From positions 1 through 26,909 of the forward strand of contig DAOWLE010000025.1 in assembly GCA_030643545.1 (NCBI GenBank): a stretch of 26,909 nt of DNA, written 5' to 3'. The position numbers were made by a program, and so were the translations under genes. Shown here one piece after another: positions 1-8,760 of the stretch. This DNA is from a bacterium (GTDB taxonomy: Bacteria > Patescibacteriota > Minisyncoccia > JAHIHE01 > DAOWLE01). Under the pieces are notes generated by a model that did not search any database, was not told the origin of the DNA, and saw only the letters and a program-made list of their open reading frames with translations. Within the stretch, counting starts at the first letter, position 1; each line of letters starts with the position of its first letter.

Positions 1-1215
1 AACACCAACAACGATTAAAATCGCCGCGCCGCCCAAAACCATAGTAGTAATATGAGTCACCGCCTGGCCAATAAACGGCAAGACAGCGATCAATCCCAAG
101 AAAATCGCTCCGACTAAAGTAATTCTGTTCAAAACATTGTAAAGAAATTCCGCGGTCGGCTTGCCCGGACGGATTCCTGGAACAAATCCGCCCTGCTTTT
201 GCAGATTTGTTGAAACGGCTTGAGGATCAAAAACAACCGCCGTGTAAAAATAGGTGAAAAGAACAACCAAAATAAAATATAAAAATCCGTAAAAAATTTG
301 ATTTTGGAAAAGAACGGCGATTGAATTGGCGATGCTTGCCAGCCAGGAAATATCTGAATGCGAAAGCATTGTGGCAATCATTCCCGGAAAAAGCATAATT
401 GACATCGCGAAAATTATCGGAATCATTCCAGCAGAATTAACCCGTAAAGGAAGATGTGTTGAAACTCCGCCATACATTTTCGCGCCGCGCACTCGCTTAG
501 CGTAAGAAACCGGAATATTTCTCTGGGCTTCGGTAATAATAACAATCCCAGCAACAACAATAATTGAAAGAATTAAAAAAGCGACATAAGCCGGAATATT
601 CGTCGCGCTATAAGTGGCGATTGTCTGCTGGATAGACATTGGAAAGCTAGCGACAATTCCGGCAAAAATAATCAAAGAAATTCCATTGCCGATTCCCTTT
701 TCTGAAATTAGTTCGCCAAGCCACATTAAAAATATTGTCCCGGCAGTAATAACAATAATTGTTGACGCCAAAGCGAATGAATCAAGCGAGCCGATAACGC
801 CCTGGCTTCTCAACAAGCTGATCATTGCGTAGCCCTGAAGCACCGCTAAAGGAACAGTTAGATAACGGGTGTATTGATTAAATTTCTGCCGGCCCTGTTC
901 TCCGGATTCATGATACCATTCTTTGATTTGAGGAAAAATCATTGTCAATAACTGCATAATAATTGTTGCGGTAATATACGGACCGACTCCAAGCATTACG
1001 ATAGACATATTTTCCATTCCACCTCCGGTGAACATATTTAAGAGGCCCAAGAATTGGTTGCCTTCAAAAAATTCCCGCAATTTTTCAATATCCACGCCAG
1101 GCACTGGAATATGAGCGGCTAATCGAAAAACAATCAAAAGAGCAAAAACAAATAAAATTTTGTTTCTTAATTCTTTAAACTTAATTATTTGGATAATTTT
1201 GTTAAAGTTAAACAT
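1..1215 (-). CDS. secY: preprotein translocase subunit SecY (partial; C-terminal end runs off the window start)
   Basis: Minus-strand reading frame opens at the ATG at 1215 and stays open to position 1. It is absent from the ORF track because no stop lies inside the window. Manual translation gives MFNFNKIIQ...GEQGRQKFNQYTRYLTVPLAVLQGYAM...GIRPGKPTAEFLYNVLNRITLVGAIFLGLIAV. This is a multi-TM protein matching conserved SecY motifs (GExGRxKxxQYTRY). The track ORFs 129..377 and 614..832 lie in other frames inside it. Confidence 0.85.
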   Translation of the reverse strand, partial: MFNFNKIIQIIKFKELRNKILFVFALLIVFRLAAHIPVPGVDIEKLREFFEGNQFLGLLNMFTGGGMENMSIVMLGVGPYITATIIMQLLTMIFPQIKEWYHESGEQGRQKFNQYTRYLTVPLAVLQGYAMISLLRSQGVIGSLDSFALASTIIVITAGTIFLMWLGELISEKGIGNGISLIIFAGIVASFPMSIQQTIATYSATNIPAYVAFLILSIIVVAGIVIITEAQRNIPVSYAKRVRGAKMYGGVSTHLPLRVNSAGMIPIIFAMSIMLFPGMIATMLSHSDISWLASIANSIAVLFQNQIFYGFLYFILVVLFTYFYTAVVFDPQAVSTNLQKQGGFVPGIRPGKPTAEFLYNVLNRITLVGAIFLGLIAVLPFIGQAVTHITTMVLGGAAILIVVGV

Positions 1216-1221
1216 AATATT

Positions 1222-1362
1222 AAAATTTAAAGTTTAAAAATCAAAAATCAAAATGACAGTGGAAAATTCAAAATTGACTAATGTTAAAATGGTTTTTAAT
1301 TTGTTTCATTTTGACATTTTGATTTGTCATTTTACACTTTGATTTTTAAATTTTACATTTTC
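1222..1362. repeat. imperfect palindromic intergenic element, copy A (tcaaaatgacag...ttgactaatgttaaaatgg...tttgtcattttaca)
   Basis: Shares the tgtaaaatgaca / tgtcatttt(g/a) inverted cores and the ttgactaatgttaaaatggttttt block with the copies at 17496-17612, 17940-18140 and 21082-21186. Lies immediately upstream of the secY start. Confidence 0.7.
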
Positions 1363-1471
1363 TATGTGGGCCCCGTTCCAAATTTCGCAAAATAGTATAA
1401 TACATCAGAAAAACCCTAAGCATTTTAAAGTATTTGAATTGCAATAGACAGTGTTGTGAAATTTGGAACGG

Positions 1472-1556
1472 GGTGGGCGGTGAGGGACTCGAACCCCCGT
1501 AGTCCAGAGGACGCCTGATTTACAGTCAGGAGCAATTGCCACTATGCGAACCGCCC
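1472..1556 (-). tRNA. tRNA-Tyr (anticodon GTA), class II with long variable arm
   Basis: Reverse complement reads GGGCGGT-TC-GCA-TAGTGGCAAT-TGC-T-CCTGA-CTGTAAA-TCAGG-(long variable arm)-GGGGG-TTCGAGT-CCCTC-ACCGCCC-A-CC. The acceptor, D, anticodon and T stems all pair. The anticodon loop CU-GUA-AA gives Tyr. The 3-bp D stem and long variable arm are typical of bacterial tRNA-Tyr. The 3' CCA is not fully encoded. Confidence 0.85.
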
Positions 1557-1570
1557 GAATATTAGATTTA

Positions 1571-1644
1571 TGAGCCCACGGGAGGACTCGAACCACCGAC
1601 CGACGGTTTACAAAACCGTTGCTCTACCACTGAGCTACGTGGGC
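1571..1644 (-). tRNA. tRNA-Thr (anticodon TGT)
   Basis: Reverse complement reads GCCCACG-TA-GCTC-AGTGGTA-GAGC-A-ACGGT-TTTGTAA-ACCGT-CGGTC-GGTGG-TTCGAGT-CCTCC-CGTGGGC-T. This is a canonical cloverleaf with anticodon loop UU-UGU-AA, with one U·U mismatch in the T stem. CCA is not encoded. Confidence 0.8.
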
Positions 1645-2237
1645 TTATCTTTCCCTATTTCTTCCAACTTTTTTTTCGCCTCTTTATCTTTAGAATTAAT
1701 TTTAAGAATTTGCTTAAAAGATTCTTTGGCGTCTTTATAATTTTTCTGCGCTAAATATAATAAGCCCAAAGACCGATATGTTCTAACATCGCGGGGATTT
1801 TTAATAATCGTTTCAATATATTTTTTTTCCTCAACAACAAACTGCTCTTTTTTTTCTTCTTTTTTCGGTTCCAGCCGTTTTTTTTCTGCTTGCTGAATTT
1901 CGAGTTGATTTTTTGAAAAGCGCGCTTTTGCTTTAAATTCTTTTTCTTTGTTTTTTAAAATTTGAATCCATTGCTCAAACCAGCTGTCAGATTTTAAGGC
2001 AATCGCTCTTAATTTTTTCAAAATCTTTTCTAATTTTATAACAACTGACCGAATAATATTATGATAATTAATTTTTTTAATTTTTTGAGAAATTTTTCCC
2101 GGTTTTTCAGCATGCTGAGCTAAGAACTGAATATCTTCTGCCGGCATATTTTTGAATTTAGAAATCTTGCGAAGAATAATTACCAAAATTCCTCCGATTG
2201 ATAAAATAATAATTAATTTAGCTATAAATTCGTACAT
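1635..2237 (-). CDS. membrane-anchored coiled-coil/TPR-repeat protein (hypothetical)
   Basis: 200-aa ORF with an N-terminal TM helix, a Lys/Glu-rich coiled-coil stretch and one TPR-like motif (LGLLYLAQKNYKDAKESFKQILKIN). Its stop overlaps the 5' end of tRNA-Thr by a few nt. Confidence 0.6.
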   Translation of the reverse strand: MYEFIAKLIIILSIGGILVIILRKISKFKNMPAEDIQFLAQHAEKPGKISQKIKKINYHNIIRSVVIKLEKILKKLRAIALKSDSWFEQWIQILKNKEKEFKAKARFSKNQLEIQQAEKKRLEPKKEEKKEQFVVEEKKYIETIIKNPRDVRTYRSLGLLYLAQKNYKDAKESFKQILKINSKDKEAKKKLEEIGKDKPT

Positions 2238-2241
2238 AAAT

Positions 2242-3036
2242 TTATTTCAGATTTTTAATTTCTTTAACAAAAAATCTCTTTTTATTCCCGTTTTCCAATT
2301 CCACTTCAACTTTTTTTGATAAAATAAAAAGATTTGTAATTTTTCCTTTGCCTTCCGGCGTTTTAATTAAATCGCCGATATTCGGCATTTCTTTTTTAAA
2401 TTCCTCGTATTGAGCCAATTCAAAATTTAAACAGCACATTAAACGGCCGCAAATACCGGAAAGCCGCTCGCTTCCGCGATGAGTCAACTGTTGTAAAAAC
2501 ATTGCTCTGCTGGAAATGCTTTCTAAATTATTTTTTTGAAAATTGCGACAGCAAAGTTCCCGCCCGCAAGGGCCGAACGCTCCCAAATTTCTCGCTTGAT
2601 CCCGCGAACCGACTTGCTGAAGTCGAATTGACCTTTGAAAATGGCTTGACAAATCCTTAACTAATCCTCTGAAATCAATCCGTCCGTCAGCTGTAAAAGC
2701 AAAAATTATCCGTGAACCGTCAAAGCTGAATTTAACATTGATTAATTTCATCGGCAAGTTATATTTTTTAATTAATTGGCGGCAAAATTCTAAGGCCTCT
2801 GTTTTCTTTTTTTGATAATGTTTGATTGTTTCTAAATCAGAATTAGTTGCTTTTCTTAAAATCGTTCCAGAAACTTTATCTGAAGAATTATTATCTTTTT
2901 TTATTTTTTCAATTTTTCCCCAATCTAATAATCCGTCAATCTCTGTGATAACTAAGTCATCAATTTTCAAACTTGAATCTTCGTTTTTTAAAGAGCAAGC
3001 CGCCTCCCAAGAATATATTTTAACATCAGTAAACAT
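2242..3036 (-). CDS. ricT: PSP1 C-terminal domain protein (YaaT/RicT-like)
   Basis: 264-aa ORF with the hallmark PSP1 motifs GPCGRELCC and GICGRLMCC, which are the Cys-rich Fe-S ligand motifs of the YaaT/RicT family. Confidence 0.8.
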   Translation of the reverse strand: MFTDVKIYSWEAACSLKNEDSSLKIDDLVITEIDGLLDWGKIEKIKKDNNSSDKVSGTILRKATNSDLETIKHYQKKKTEALEFCRQLIKKYNLPMKLINVKFSFDGSRIIFAFTADGRIDFRGLVKDLSSHFQRSIRLQQVGSRDQARNLGAFGPCGRELCCRNFQKNNLESISSRAMFLQQLTHRGSERLSGICGRLMCCLNFELAQYEEFKKEMPNIGDLIKTPEGKGKITNLFILSKKVEVELENGNKKRFFVKEIKNLK

Positions 3037-3048
3037 AATAAAAAAAAA

Positions 3049-3498
3049 TTAAATTTCATATCTCACGAACTCTCTTATTTGAATATTTTCCCCTAATTTT
3101 GAAATTTTTTCGTTAATCAAATCTTTTATTGTTTGGTCAGAATTTTTAATATAAGATTGTTCAAGTAATTCTTTTTTATCTTTTGGATTCATCGCCGCAA
3201 TATGCATTGTTAAATTATGGGCTAATTCTTTAAAAGCGTCGTTGCGAGCGACAAAATCCGTCTCGCAAACCAATTCCAAAAGGACGCCGACTTTTCCAGA
3301 ATTATGAATATACGATTCAATAATGCCAGCTTTGGTTTCTCTGTCCGCTTTTTTTTCTATTGACTGCGAGGTTTTTTGTTTAAGAAATTGAAGCGATTTT
3401 TCAAAATCTCCATCAGAAGAATCCAGTGCTTTTTTGCATTCAACAACAGAAGCACCAGTTTCCTCGCGTAATTTTTTAATTTGATCAGAATTTATCAT
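3049..3498 (-). CDS. tsf: elongation factor Ts, short form
   Basis: 149 aa. The N-terminal UBA-like motif LREETGASVVECKKAL matches LRERTGAGMMDCKKAL of E. coli EF-Ts. Core motifs GVLLELVCETDFVARNDAF and HIAAMNP are conserved. The protein is unusually short but has parallels in small-genome lineages. Confidence 0.85.
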   Translation of the reverse strand: MINSDQIKKLREETGASVVECKKALDSSDGDFEKSLQFLKQKTSQSIEKKADRETKAGIIESYIHNSGKVGVLLELVCETDFVARNDAFKELAHNLTMHIAAMNPKDKKELLEQSYIKNSDQTIKDLINEKISKLGENIQIREFVRYEI

Positions 3499-3663
3499 AA
3501 TAAGATTAAGATTGTTTTAATTATTTCAATGATAATTTTTAACAATCAGCTAAGTGATTTTTTTAATTTCTTTTTAGTGGGTTTTTAGCATAATGAAAAA
3601 ATCAAAATTTACTTGGTGAATTTAACAAACTTTTATCTAAGAACAAAACAGTTTTGAATTGTT

Positions 3664-4479
3664 TTACTGGGCAATGAAAAATATTTCATCAGCTTTTATA
3701 ACGCCACTTTTTTCAAAAACACCTTTTACAGTAAACGGCCAAGGCGGACCATTCCAATTTTTAAGCAAAGAATAAAATTCAGAAAAAGTATAATAATTAT
3801 CTACTATAAATTTTCCTTCATCATATACGCCCCTATAAAATTTTGTAGAATCAGCAGTTAACACTTTTACATTTTTAGACTCTGATTGAGTTTGTCCTTC
3901 AAAACTTTTATTAACTAAATCAAAACTTTCAGCATCAATAAAAATGCTTATATTTTCAGATTTACTTTTTTCTTTAATGCTAAAATAATTATCACTTTCA
4001 TCGGATTCTCCTGGCTTACCCTTTCTTACAAATACTTGAATTTTATAGTTATCTCCCATCTGTATCAAGTTATCTTCTGTATCAGTAAGATCCCAATTAT
4101 ACATACCTGTATTTGGAACTGAAAAAGCAATGTAATTAGCGAGATTCCATTTTCCTTCTTTAATAAGGTAAATATCAACTTTTTTTTCTATATTAAGAGA
4201 AGATTTCCATTTAATCTCATAATTATTCCCAATTATCCACTTTTCTCCTCCGTTGGGAGAAATTACTTTAATATAAGGTTCTGTTTCATCAACAATTTCT
4301 GATTCTTCTGACTCTTTTTCAATCAACGGTTTAGTAATTTCATTTCTATTTTTTCCCAATTCAGAACCGCCACCAAAATATTTCCAGCTTGCAAAGCCAA
4401 CCGTGCTGATGGCAACAACGCCGACAATGATAGCGATGATAAGATAGAGATTTCCTTTTTGAAAATTTTGATTGCTCAT
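3664..4479 (-). CDS. hypothetical membrane-anchored/secreted protein
   Basis: 271-aa ORF with an N-terminal TM/signal anchor (LYLIIAIIVGVVAISTVGFA). It is followed by an acidic linker and a predicted beta-rich ectodomain. No recognised catalytic motif. Confidence 0.55.
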   Translation of the reverse strand: MSNQNFQKGNLYLIIAIIVGVVAISTVGFASWKYFGGGSELGKNRNEITKPLIEKESEESEIVDETEPYIKVISPNGGEKWIIGNNYEIKWKSSLNIEKKVDIYLIKEGKWNLANYIAFSVPNTGMYNWDLTDTEDNLIQMGDNYKIQVFVRKGKPGESDESDNYFSIKEKSKSENISIFIDAESFDLVNKSFEGQTQSESKNVKVLTADSTKFYRGVYDEGKFIVDNYYTFSEFYSLLKNWNGPPWPFTVKGVFEKSGVIKADEIFFIAQ

Positions 4480-4557
4480 AATTTCTTACTTTCTTTATTC
4501 TAAAACTCAAAAGTTTTAGAAAGATAAAAATGATTAATTATTTATAAATATTTAAAA

Positions 4558-4953
4558 CTAAATCGTTTTCAATAATTCATCCATCTTTTTCACAAAAATT
4601 TCTGCTTTTTCAACAGCGTCTTGCGCGTCTTTTTTATTTATTTTAACTTCTTCTCTGTAATCAGCGTCTGTTCTTGCTTCTTGAACTACTGAAAGCATTT
4701 TTGAATAATTTTTATCAACTATTCCAGTTTTTACAAAATATTTCCTCCATAACAAGCCAATTCCTTGATGAGTTTTTGGCTCTTCTTTTTTAAAAATCAA
4801 AACCGCTTTTGCCGCATAAAACATAGCGTAATAAGCCCTTGAAACAGCGTCGCGATATTTTCCGGCTTTAAATAAAATTTGGGCAGATTCTAATTTATCT
4901 TTTGCCAATTTAATTCTCAATTTAGCAAATTCTTTTTTCTTTTTTGGTTCCAT
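4558..4953 (-). CDS. hepT: HEPN domain protein (putative toxin of HEPN/MNT pair)
   Basis: 131-aa all-helical ORF. Its start overlaps the end of the upstream nucleotidyltransferase gene by 37 nt. Family assignment rests on size, the YYAMFYAAKA helix and this genetic coupling. Confidence 0.6.
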   Translation of the reverse strand: MEPKKKKEFAKLRIKLAKDKLESAQILFKAGKYRDAVSRAYYAMFYAAKAVLIFKKEEPKTHQGIGLLWRKYFVKTGIVDKNYSKMLSVVQEARTDADYREEVKINKKDAQDAVEKAEIFVKKMDELLKTI

Positions 4954-5270
4954 AATTCTATTGCGTCTTTTTTAACATTTTCTAAAAAAGGAGTCCATTT
5001 ATTAAATTCTTTCTTTGGCAAAATCCGTGGAGAAATTTCCACCTCGTATTCAAGCATCGGATCAGTAGCCATTTCAATCATTTTTTTCCATTTTTCTCGG
5101 TTCGCTTTCTTGTTTGTAATTAATAAAATATCAAGGTCTGAATATTTATGATAATTTCCTCTTGCTTTAGAGCCAAAAAGCATCATCCTTTCTATAAGAG
5201 TCGGATAATTTTTTCTCAAATTATTTTTATAATCAGTTAAGGCTTTTTTTTCTTTGATATTAAGAGACAT
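4917..5270 (-). CDS. mntA: minimal nucleotidyltransferase (MNT, putative antitoxin)
   Basis: 117 aa with the GSKARGNYHKYSDLDILLI motif (GS...DxD, the pol-beta-like nucleotidyltransferase signature). Located upstream of and overlapping the HEPN gene. Confidence 0.75.
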   Translation of the reverse strand: MSLNIKEKKALTDYKNNLRKNYPTLIERMMLFGSKARGNYHKYSDLDILLITNKKANREKWKKMIEMATDPMLEYEVEISPRILPKKEFNKWTPFLENVKKDAIELWNQKRKKNLLN

Positions 5271-5290
5271 AGTAAAAATGATTTATGAAT

Positions 5291-6013
5291 TTATTGCTTA
5301 ATTTTATTTTTTGCTTCAATAATCGTATCCGAAACAACATCCGTCATTAATTTTAAAGCGCTGATTGCGTCATCGTTGGACGGAATTGGATAATCCGCTT
5401 TTGTCGGATCAGCGTCCGTGTCAGATAAAGCGATTATTGAAACGCCGGTTTTTTTCGCTTCGGAAACAGCTAATTTATCTTTGTTGATATCAATCACAAA
5501 AATTGCTTCAGGAATTTTTTTAAGAAATAAAATTCCTTCTAATTTGCCCCTCAATTTTTTATATTTCTTATCAAAATCCAATCGTTCTTTCTTGGTGTAT
5601 TTTTTAAACTCCTCAGATTTTCTTTTTTCTTCCATTTCTTCCAGAAATTTTATCTGTTTTAATATTACTTTAAAATTAGTAAAAGTGCCGCCAAGCCAGC
5701 GTTCAACAACATACGGCATTCCGCATTTTTCCGCCGCTTGTTTAACAATATCTTTGGCTTGTTTTTTTGTGCTGACAAATAAAATAATTCCGTTTTCTTT
5801 AATTATTTTTTTAACAAATTCCAAGGCCTCTTTTAATTTCTCTTGAGTTTGTTCAAGATCAATGATGTGAATGCTATTATGGGTAGTATAAATATAAGGA
5901 GCCATTTTTGGATTCCATCTTGATTTTTGATGGCCAAAATGAACGCCTGCTTTCAACATATCAGACATTGATATTTCTTTAGTTTTATTTTCAATTTTCT
6001 TTTCTTCTGACAT
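5291..6013 (-). CDS. rpsB: 30S ribosomal protein S2
   Basis: 240 aa with MLKAGVHFGHQKSRWNPKMAPYIY, the conserved S2 N-terminus, and a Lys-rich C-terminal tail. Sits upstream of tsf on the same strand, as in the canonical rpsB-tsf operon. Confidence 0.9.
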   Translation of the reverse strand: MSEEKKIENKTKEISMSDMLKAGVHFGHQKSRWNPKMAPYIYTTHNSIHIIDLEQTQEKLKEALEFVKKIIKENGIILFVSTKKQAKDIVKQAAEKCGMPYVVERWLGGTFTNFKVILKQIKFLEEMEEKRKSEEFKKYTKKERLDFDKKYKKLRGKLEGILFLKKIPEAIFVIDINKDKLAVSEAKKTGVSIIALSDTDADPTKADYPIPSNDDAISALKLMTDVVSDTIIEAKNKIKQ

Positions 6014-6120
6014 AAAATAAAAATTAAAGTGTAAAATCTACTTTTTCAGTATAATATATTTAAAAAAATAAAGCAAGTGTTACTCGCTATATTTTAATAA
6101 AAACACGAATTTTTACAATA

Positions 6121-7035
6121 TCACAGCCATTTTTTATTTTTAAAATAAACTATCATAAAAATAAAAGTAATAATCATTATCAGAATCGCCCACCAGAAAT
6201 CGCAGAAACTTTTTATAAAAGGCATACTATGCATTAAATTCATTCCGAAAATACTGGCAATTAAAGTCAAGGGCAGCATAATCACCGAAAAAATCGTCAG
6301 AACTTTTAAGGTTTCATTAAATTTGTAATAAAACAGCGATTCGTTTGTTTTTTCAATCGCTTCAATCATTTCCTTGTGATTTTCCAAAGTATTCCAAACG
6401 CGGATATTTGATCCGATTACTTCCTGCGAATATATTTTTAAATCCACCTGACAGAATTTAGAAATAATTTTATCAAGAATTTCCAGAACCATTCTTTGCG
6501 GCTTGATTGTCTTGCGAAAATCAATTATATCTTTTTTAACAATGGAAATTTCGCTGATCATCTCTCGTTCGTTTCCCTGAAAAACCTCGTGTTCTATTTG
6601 ATCAATATTTTCGGCAATGTGGTCCAACATTGGTAAACGGGAGTCAATCATTTTGTCCAAAATTTGAAAAAGGAGAAAACCTGTTCCTTTTTCCAAATAC
6701 CGCTCTCTTAACTGATCATGAATATTACAATCGTCAAAAAATTTCCTCAATTGGGGAAGTTTTCCTGAATGGCTGGTGATAATCGTATCTTTAGTTAAAA
6801 GAATATCTAATTCAGTTGAAAAAGTTTCACGGGTTTCTTTTTCAAAAACCGGAAAATGCAAAACGATAAAAAGATAATCAGGATATTCGTCAACTTTCGG
6901 TCGCTTTAACGGCGGAAGATATTCCTTCAAAACAACCGGGGAAAAATTAAAATTTTTCCGCAAATATTCAATATCCAAATCCGTCGGCTTATTAATATCA
7001 ATCCATTTAACTTGTTTAGTTTTAATTGTTTTCAT
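6121..7035 (-). CDS. corA: CorA-family magnesium/cobalt transporter
   Basis: 304 aa. The C-terminal two TM helices carry the signature GMN motif (IFGMNLMHSMPF) and are followed by a basic tail. This is CorA architecture. Confidence 0.85.
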   Translation of the reverse strand: MKTIKTKQVKWIDINKPTDLDIEYLRKNFNFSPVVLKEYLPPLKRPKVDEYPDYLFIVLHFPVFEKETRETFSTELDILLTKDTIITSHSGKLPQLRKFFDDCNIHDQLRERYLEKGTGFLLFQILDKMIDSRLPMLDHIAENIDQIEHEVFQGNEREMISEISIVKKDIIDFRKTIKPQRMVLEILDKIISKFCQVDLKIYSQEVIGSNIRVWNTLENHKEMIEAIEKTNESLFYYKFNETLKVLTIFSVIMLPLTLIASIFGMNLMHSMPFIKSFCDFWWAILIMIITFIFMIVYFKNKKWL

Positions 7036-7041
7036 AAAACT

Positions 7042-7071
7042 GATTTACGATTTAAGATTTACGATTTAAGA
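7042..7071. repeat. gatttaYgatttaaga tandem repeat immediately upstream of the corA start
   Basis: gatttacgatttaagatttacgatttaaga lies 6 nt upstream of the corA ATG. Related copies occur at 11401-11439, 11823-11845 and 22273-22290. Confidence 0.7.
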
Positions 7072-7122
7072 ATAATTTATAACGCAATGTTTCTATTTAA
7101 ATTATACAGTAAAATTTAACCC

Positions 7123-7151
7123 TTGACAAATTTGAATTTATGTAGTAAGAT
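7123..7151 (+). promoter_or_regulatory. sigma70-like promoter candidate (TTGACA-17nt-TAAGAT) for the plus-strand SPFH operon
   Basis: TTGACA at 7123-7128 and TAAGAT at 7146-7151 with a 17-nt spacer, in the divergent intergenic region between corA and the SPFH gene. AGGAGG sequences follow at about 7210 and 7265. Confidence 0.4.
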
Positions 7152-7269
7152 AAAGTGTTGTGATAAGAACTATCATAACCTTGATTTTTACTTTAAATCA
7201 GGAAAAAAAGGAGGATGAAAAGAAAAATGGCACATTCCAAAAAGAATATTTTAGGTGGAAAAATAGGAG

Positions 7270-8757
7270 GTGAAAAAAGGAAAAATGGCAATAGATAAAA
7301 CTTTGGTAATTCTAATAATTTTAGTCATTTCGGTTATCGGAATCGCTACTTGGATTTTGGGATTGCTTGGTTTTGTAATAGCAATAATCGGGATTGGAGC
7401 TGGAATTTTAATCTGGTGGACGCAAAATAAAGAAGGAGTAACAGAAATAGAAAAAGTGACAAGTAAAAGGGATAAAAAAGCACCAATAAAAATACCGCCA
7501 GAAAAATTATTGTCTAACAAAGAACGATGGTGCCGAATTATTTATTTTGCAACGATGATATCGATTATTCCAATAATAACAGTGCTTATTCTAAAAACGA
7601 TCGCTGAATGGATTTTTCGACTTATGGCAACAGCTTCGGGAACAGAAATTCCAGACGGATTCAGTTTTGGCGGCGCTATTCTCGCAGTATGGATAATCTT
7701 GTGGATAGTTATTGCAGCAATAGAAATCAAAATAACAGTTGAGAAAGCAACGGGCATCGTTTTAGTTGAAACTTCAACAGTAGCAATTATTGAAATGATC
7801 GGAGGATACAGTTTTACAGCAAAATACAAAGCCGCTGGAAAGATAAAATTAATTGACAGAATATTTTGTTTCTATTACCCTTTTGAGAAATGCAGAATAA
7901 TATTGCCTGAAGCAAGATTATCGCCGGGAGAAAAGCCCTCAAAGAGATGTCTGCTTTCAATAAAAGAAGAAGTGCTTGACATGAAAGAACAAAAAGTTAC
8001 CACAAAGGACCAAGTGACATTACCAATAGATGCTTATATTACTGGACTTATATTTGATAGTCAAAAAGCGCTTTATGCTATTGATGACTTTTATGTAGCG
8101 ATAGAAAAACTGGCTACTTCTGCCTTAAGAGCAAAATCGGGAGATATGATATTAGACGACATGATTTCAACTGAAGGAAGAGAGTATATTGAAAAAGCAA
8201 TTGCGGAAACATTACAAGGAAGTACTGATAGATGGGGATATACCGTAACGGATACAAGAATAGAATTTGTTCATATACCGAAAAAAGTGCAAGAAGCAAT
8301 GGATAAAGTAGCCATCGCCGAAAGAGAAAAAAGAGCGCTAATAACAAAAACTGAAGGAGAAAAACAAAAGACAATACTATTAGCAGAAGGGGGGAAAAGG
8401 GAAAAAGAGCTATTAGCAGAAGGAGAACGCGCTGAAATTATGAGAATCCGTGAGGGACTTGCCGCTACTGGGCTTGAAAAAAAAGGAGTTCAAATAGATG
8501 TCAGTAGAGTTGGTCCGAACTATGTAATAGGTTATAAGTGGACAGATGAAACTATGCCTAAAGTAGCTGATGGAAAAGCAACAAAACTTGTTATTCCCGT
8601 AGAGACAACCAACTTTGCTAGTATTCTAAGTCAAGCGGCAGAATTTATCAGAGATTCTACTAATACTAAAGAATCTGTTGAAAAAGTAAAAGTGGAAGGC
8701 GAAGAAACGGAAGAAAACAAAGGAGAAGAAAAGAAAAAAGAAAAGGAGGAAGAGTAA
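7270..8757 (+). CDS. SPFH/band-7 (stomatin/prohibitin-like) membrane protein with Glu/Lys-rich C-terminal tail
   Basis: N-terminal TM helices are followed by a band-7 core (DQVTLPIDAYITGLIFDSQKALYAIDDFYVAIEKLATSALRAKSGDMILDDMI...) and a long charged coiled-coil tail. The track start is the GTG at 7270, which is embedded in an AGGAGGTG Shine-Dalgarno. The ATG at 7285 is the more likely true start. Confidence 0.75.
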   Translation: MKKGKMAIDKTLVILIILVISVIGIATWILGLLGFVIAIIGIGAGILIWWTQNKEGVTEIEKVTSKRDKKAPIKIPPEKLLSNKERWCRIIYFATMISIIPIITVLILKTIAEWIFRLMATASGTEIPDGFSFGGAILAVWIILWIVIAAIEIKITVEKATGIVLVETSTVAIIEMIGGYSFTAKYKAAGKIKLIDRIFCFYYPFEKCRIILPEARLSPGEKPSKRCLLSIKEEVLDMKEQKVTTKDQVTLPIDAYITGLIFDSQKALYAIDDFYVAIEKLATSALRAKSGDMILDDMISTEGREYIEKAIAETLQGSTDRWGYTVTDTRIEFVHIPKKVQEAMDKVAIAEREKRALITKTEGEKQKTILLAEGGKREKELLAEGERAEIMRIREGLAATGLEKKGVQIDVSRVGPNYVIGYKWTDETMPKVADGKATKLVIPVETTNFASILSQAAEFIRDSTNTKESVEKVKVEGEETEENKGEEKKKEKEEE

Positions 8758-8760
8758 AAA

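Noticed and set aside
129-832. Track ORFs 129..377 (-) and 614..832 (+)
   Set aside because: Both lie inside the much longer open secY reading frame (1..1215, minus strand) in other frames or on the other strand. They are hydrophobic-looking only because they mirror a membrane-protein gene.
1405-1596. Track ORF 1405..1596 (-) 63 aa
   Set aside because: It overlaps both tRNA genes (tRNA-Tyr and tRNA-Thr) and translates structured RNA sequence. There is no independent support.
7251-8374. Minus-strand ORFs 7251..7520, 7542..7829 and 8114..8374
   Set aside because: These are antisense shadow ORFs inside the well-supported plus-strand SPFH gene. Their low-complexity hydrophobic translations are a by-product of A/T-rich codon composition.
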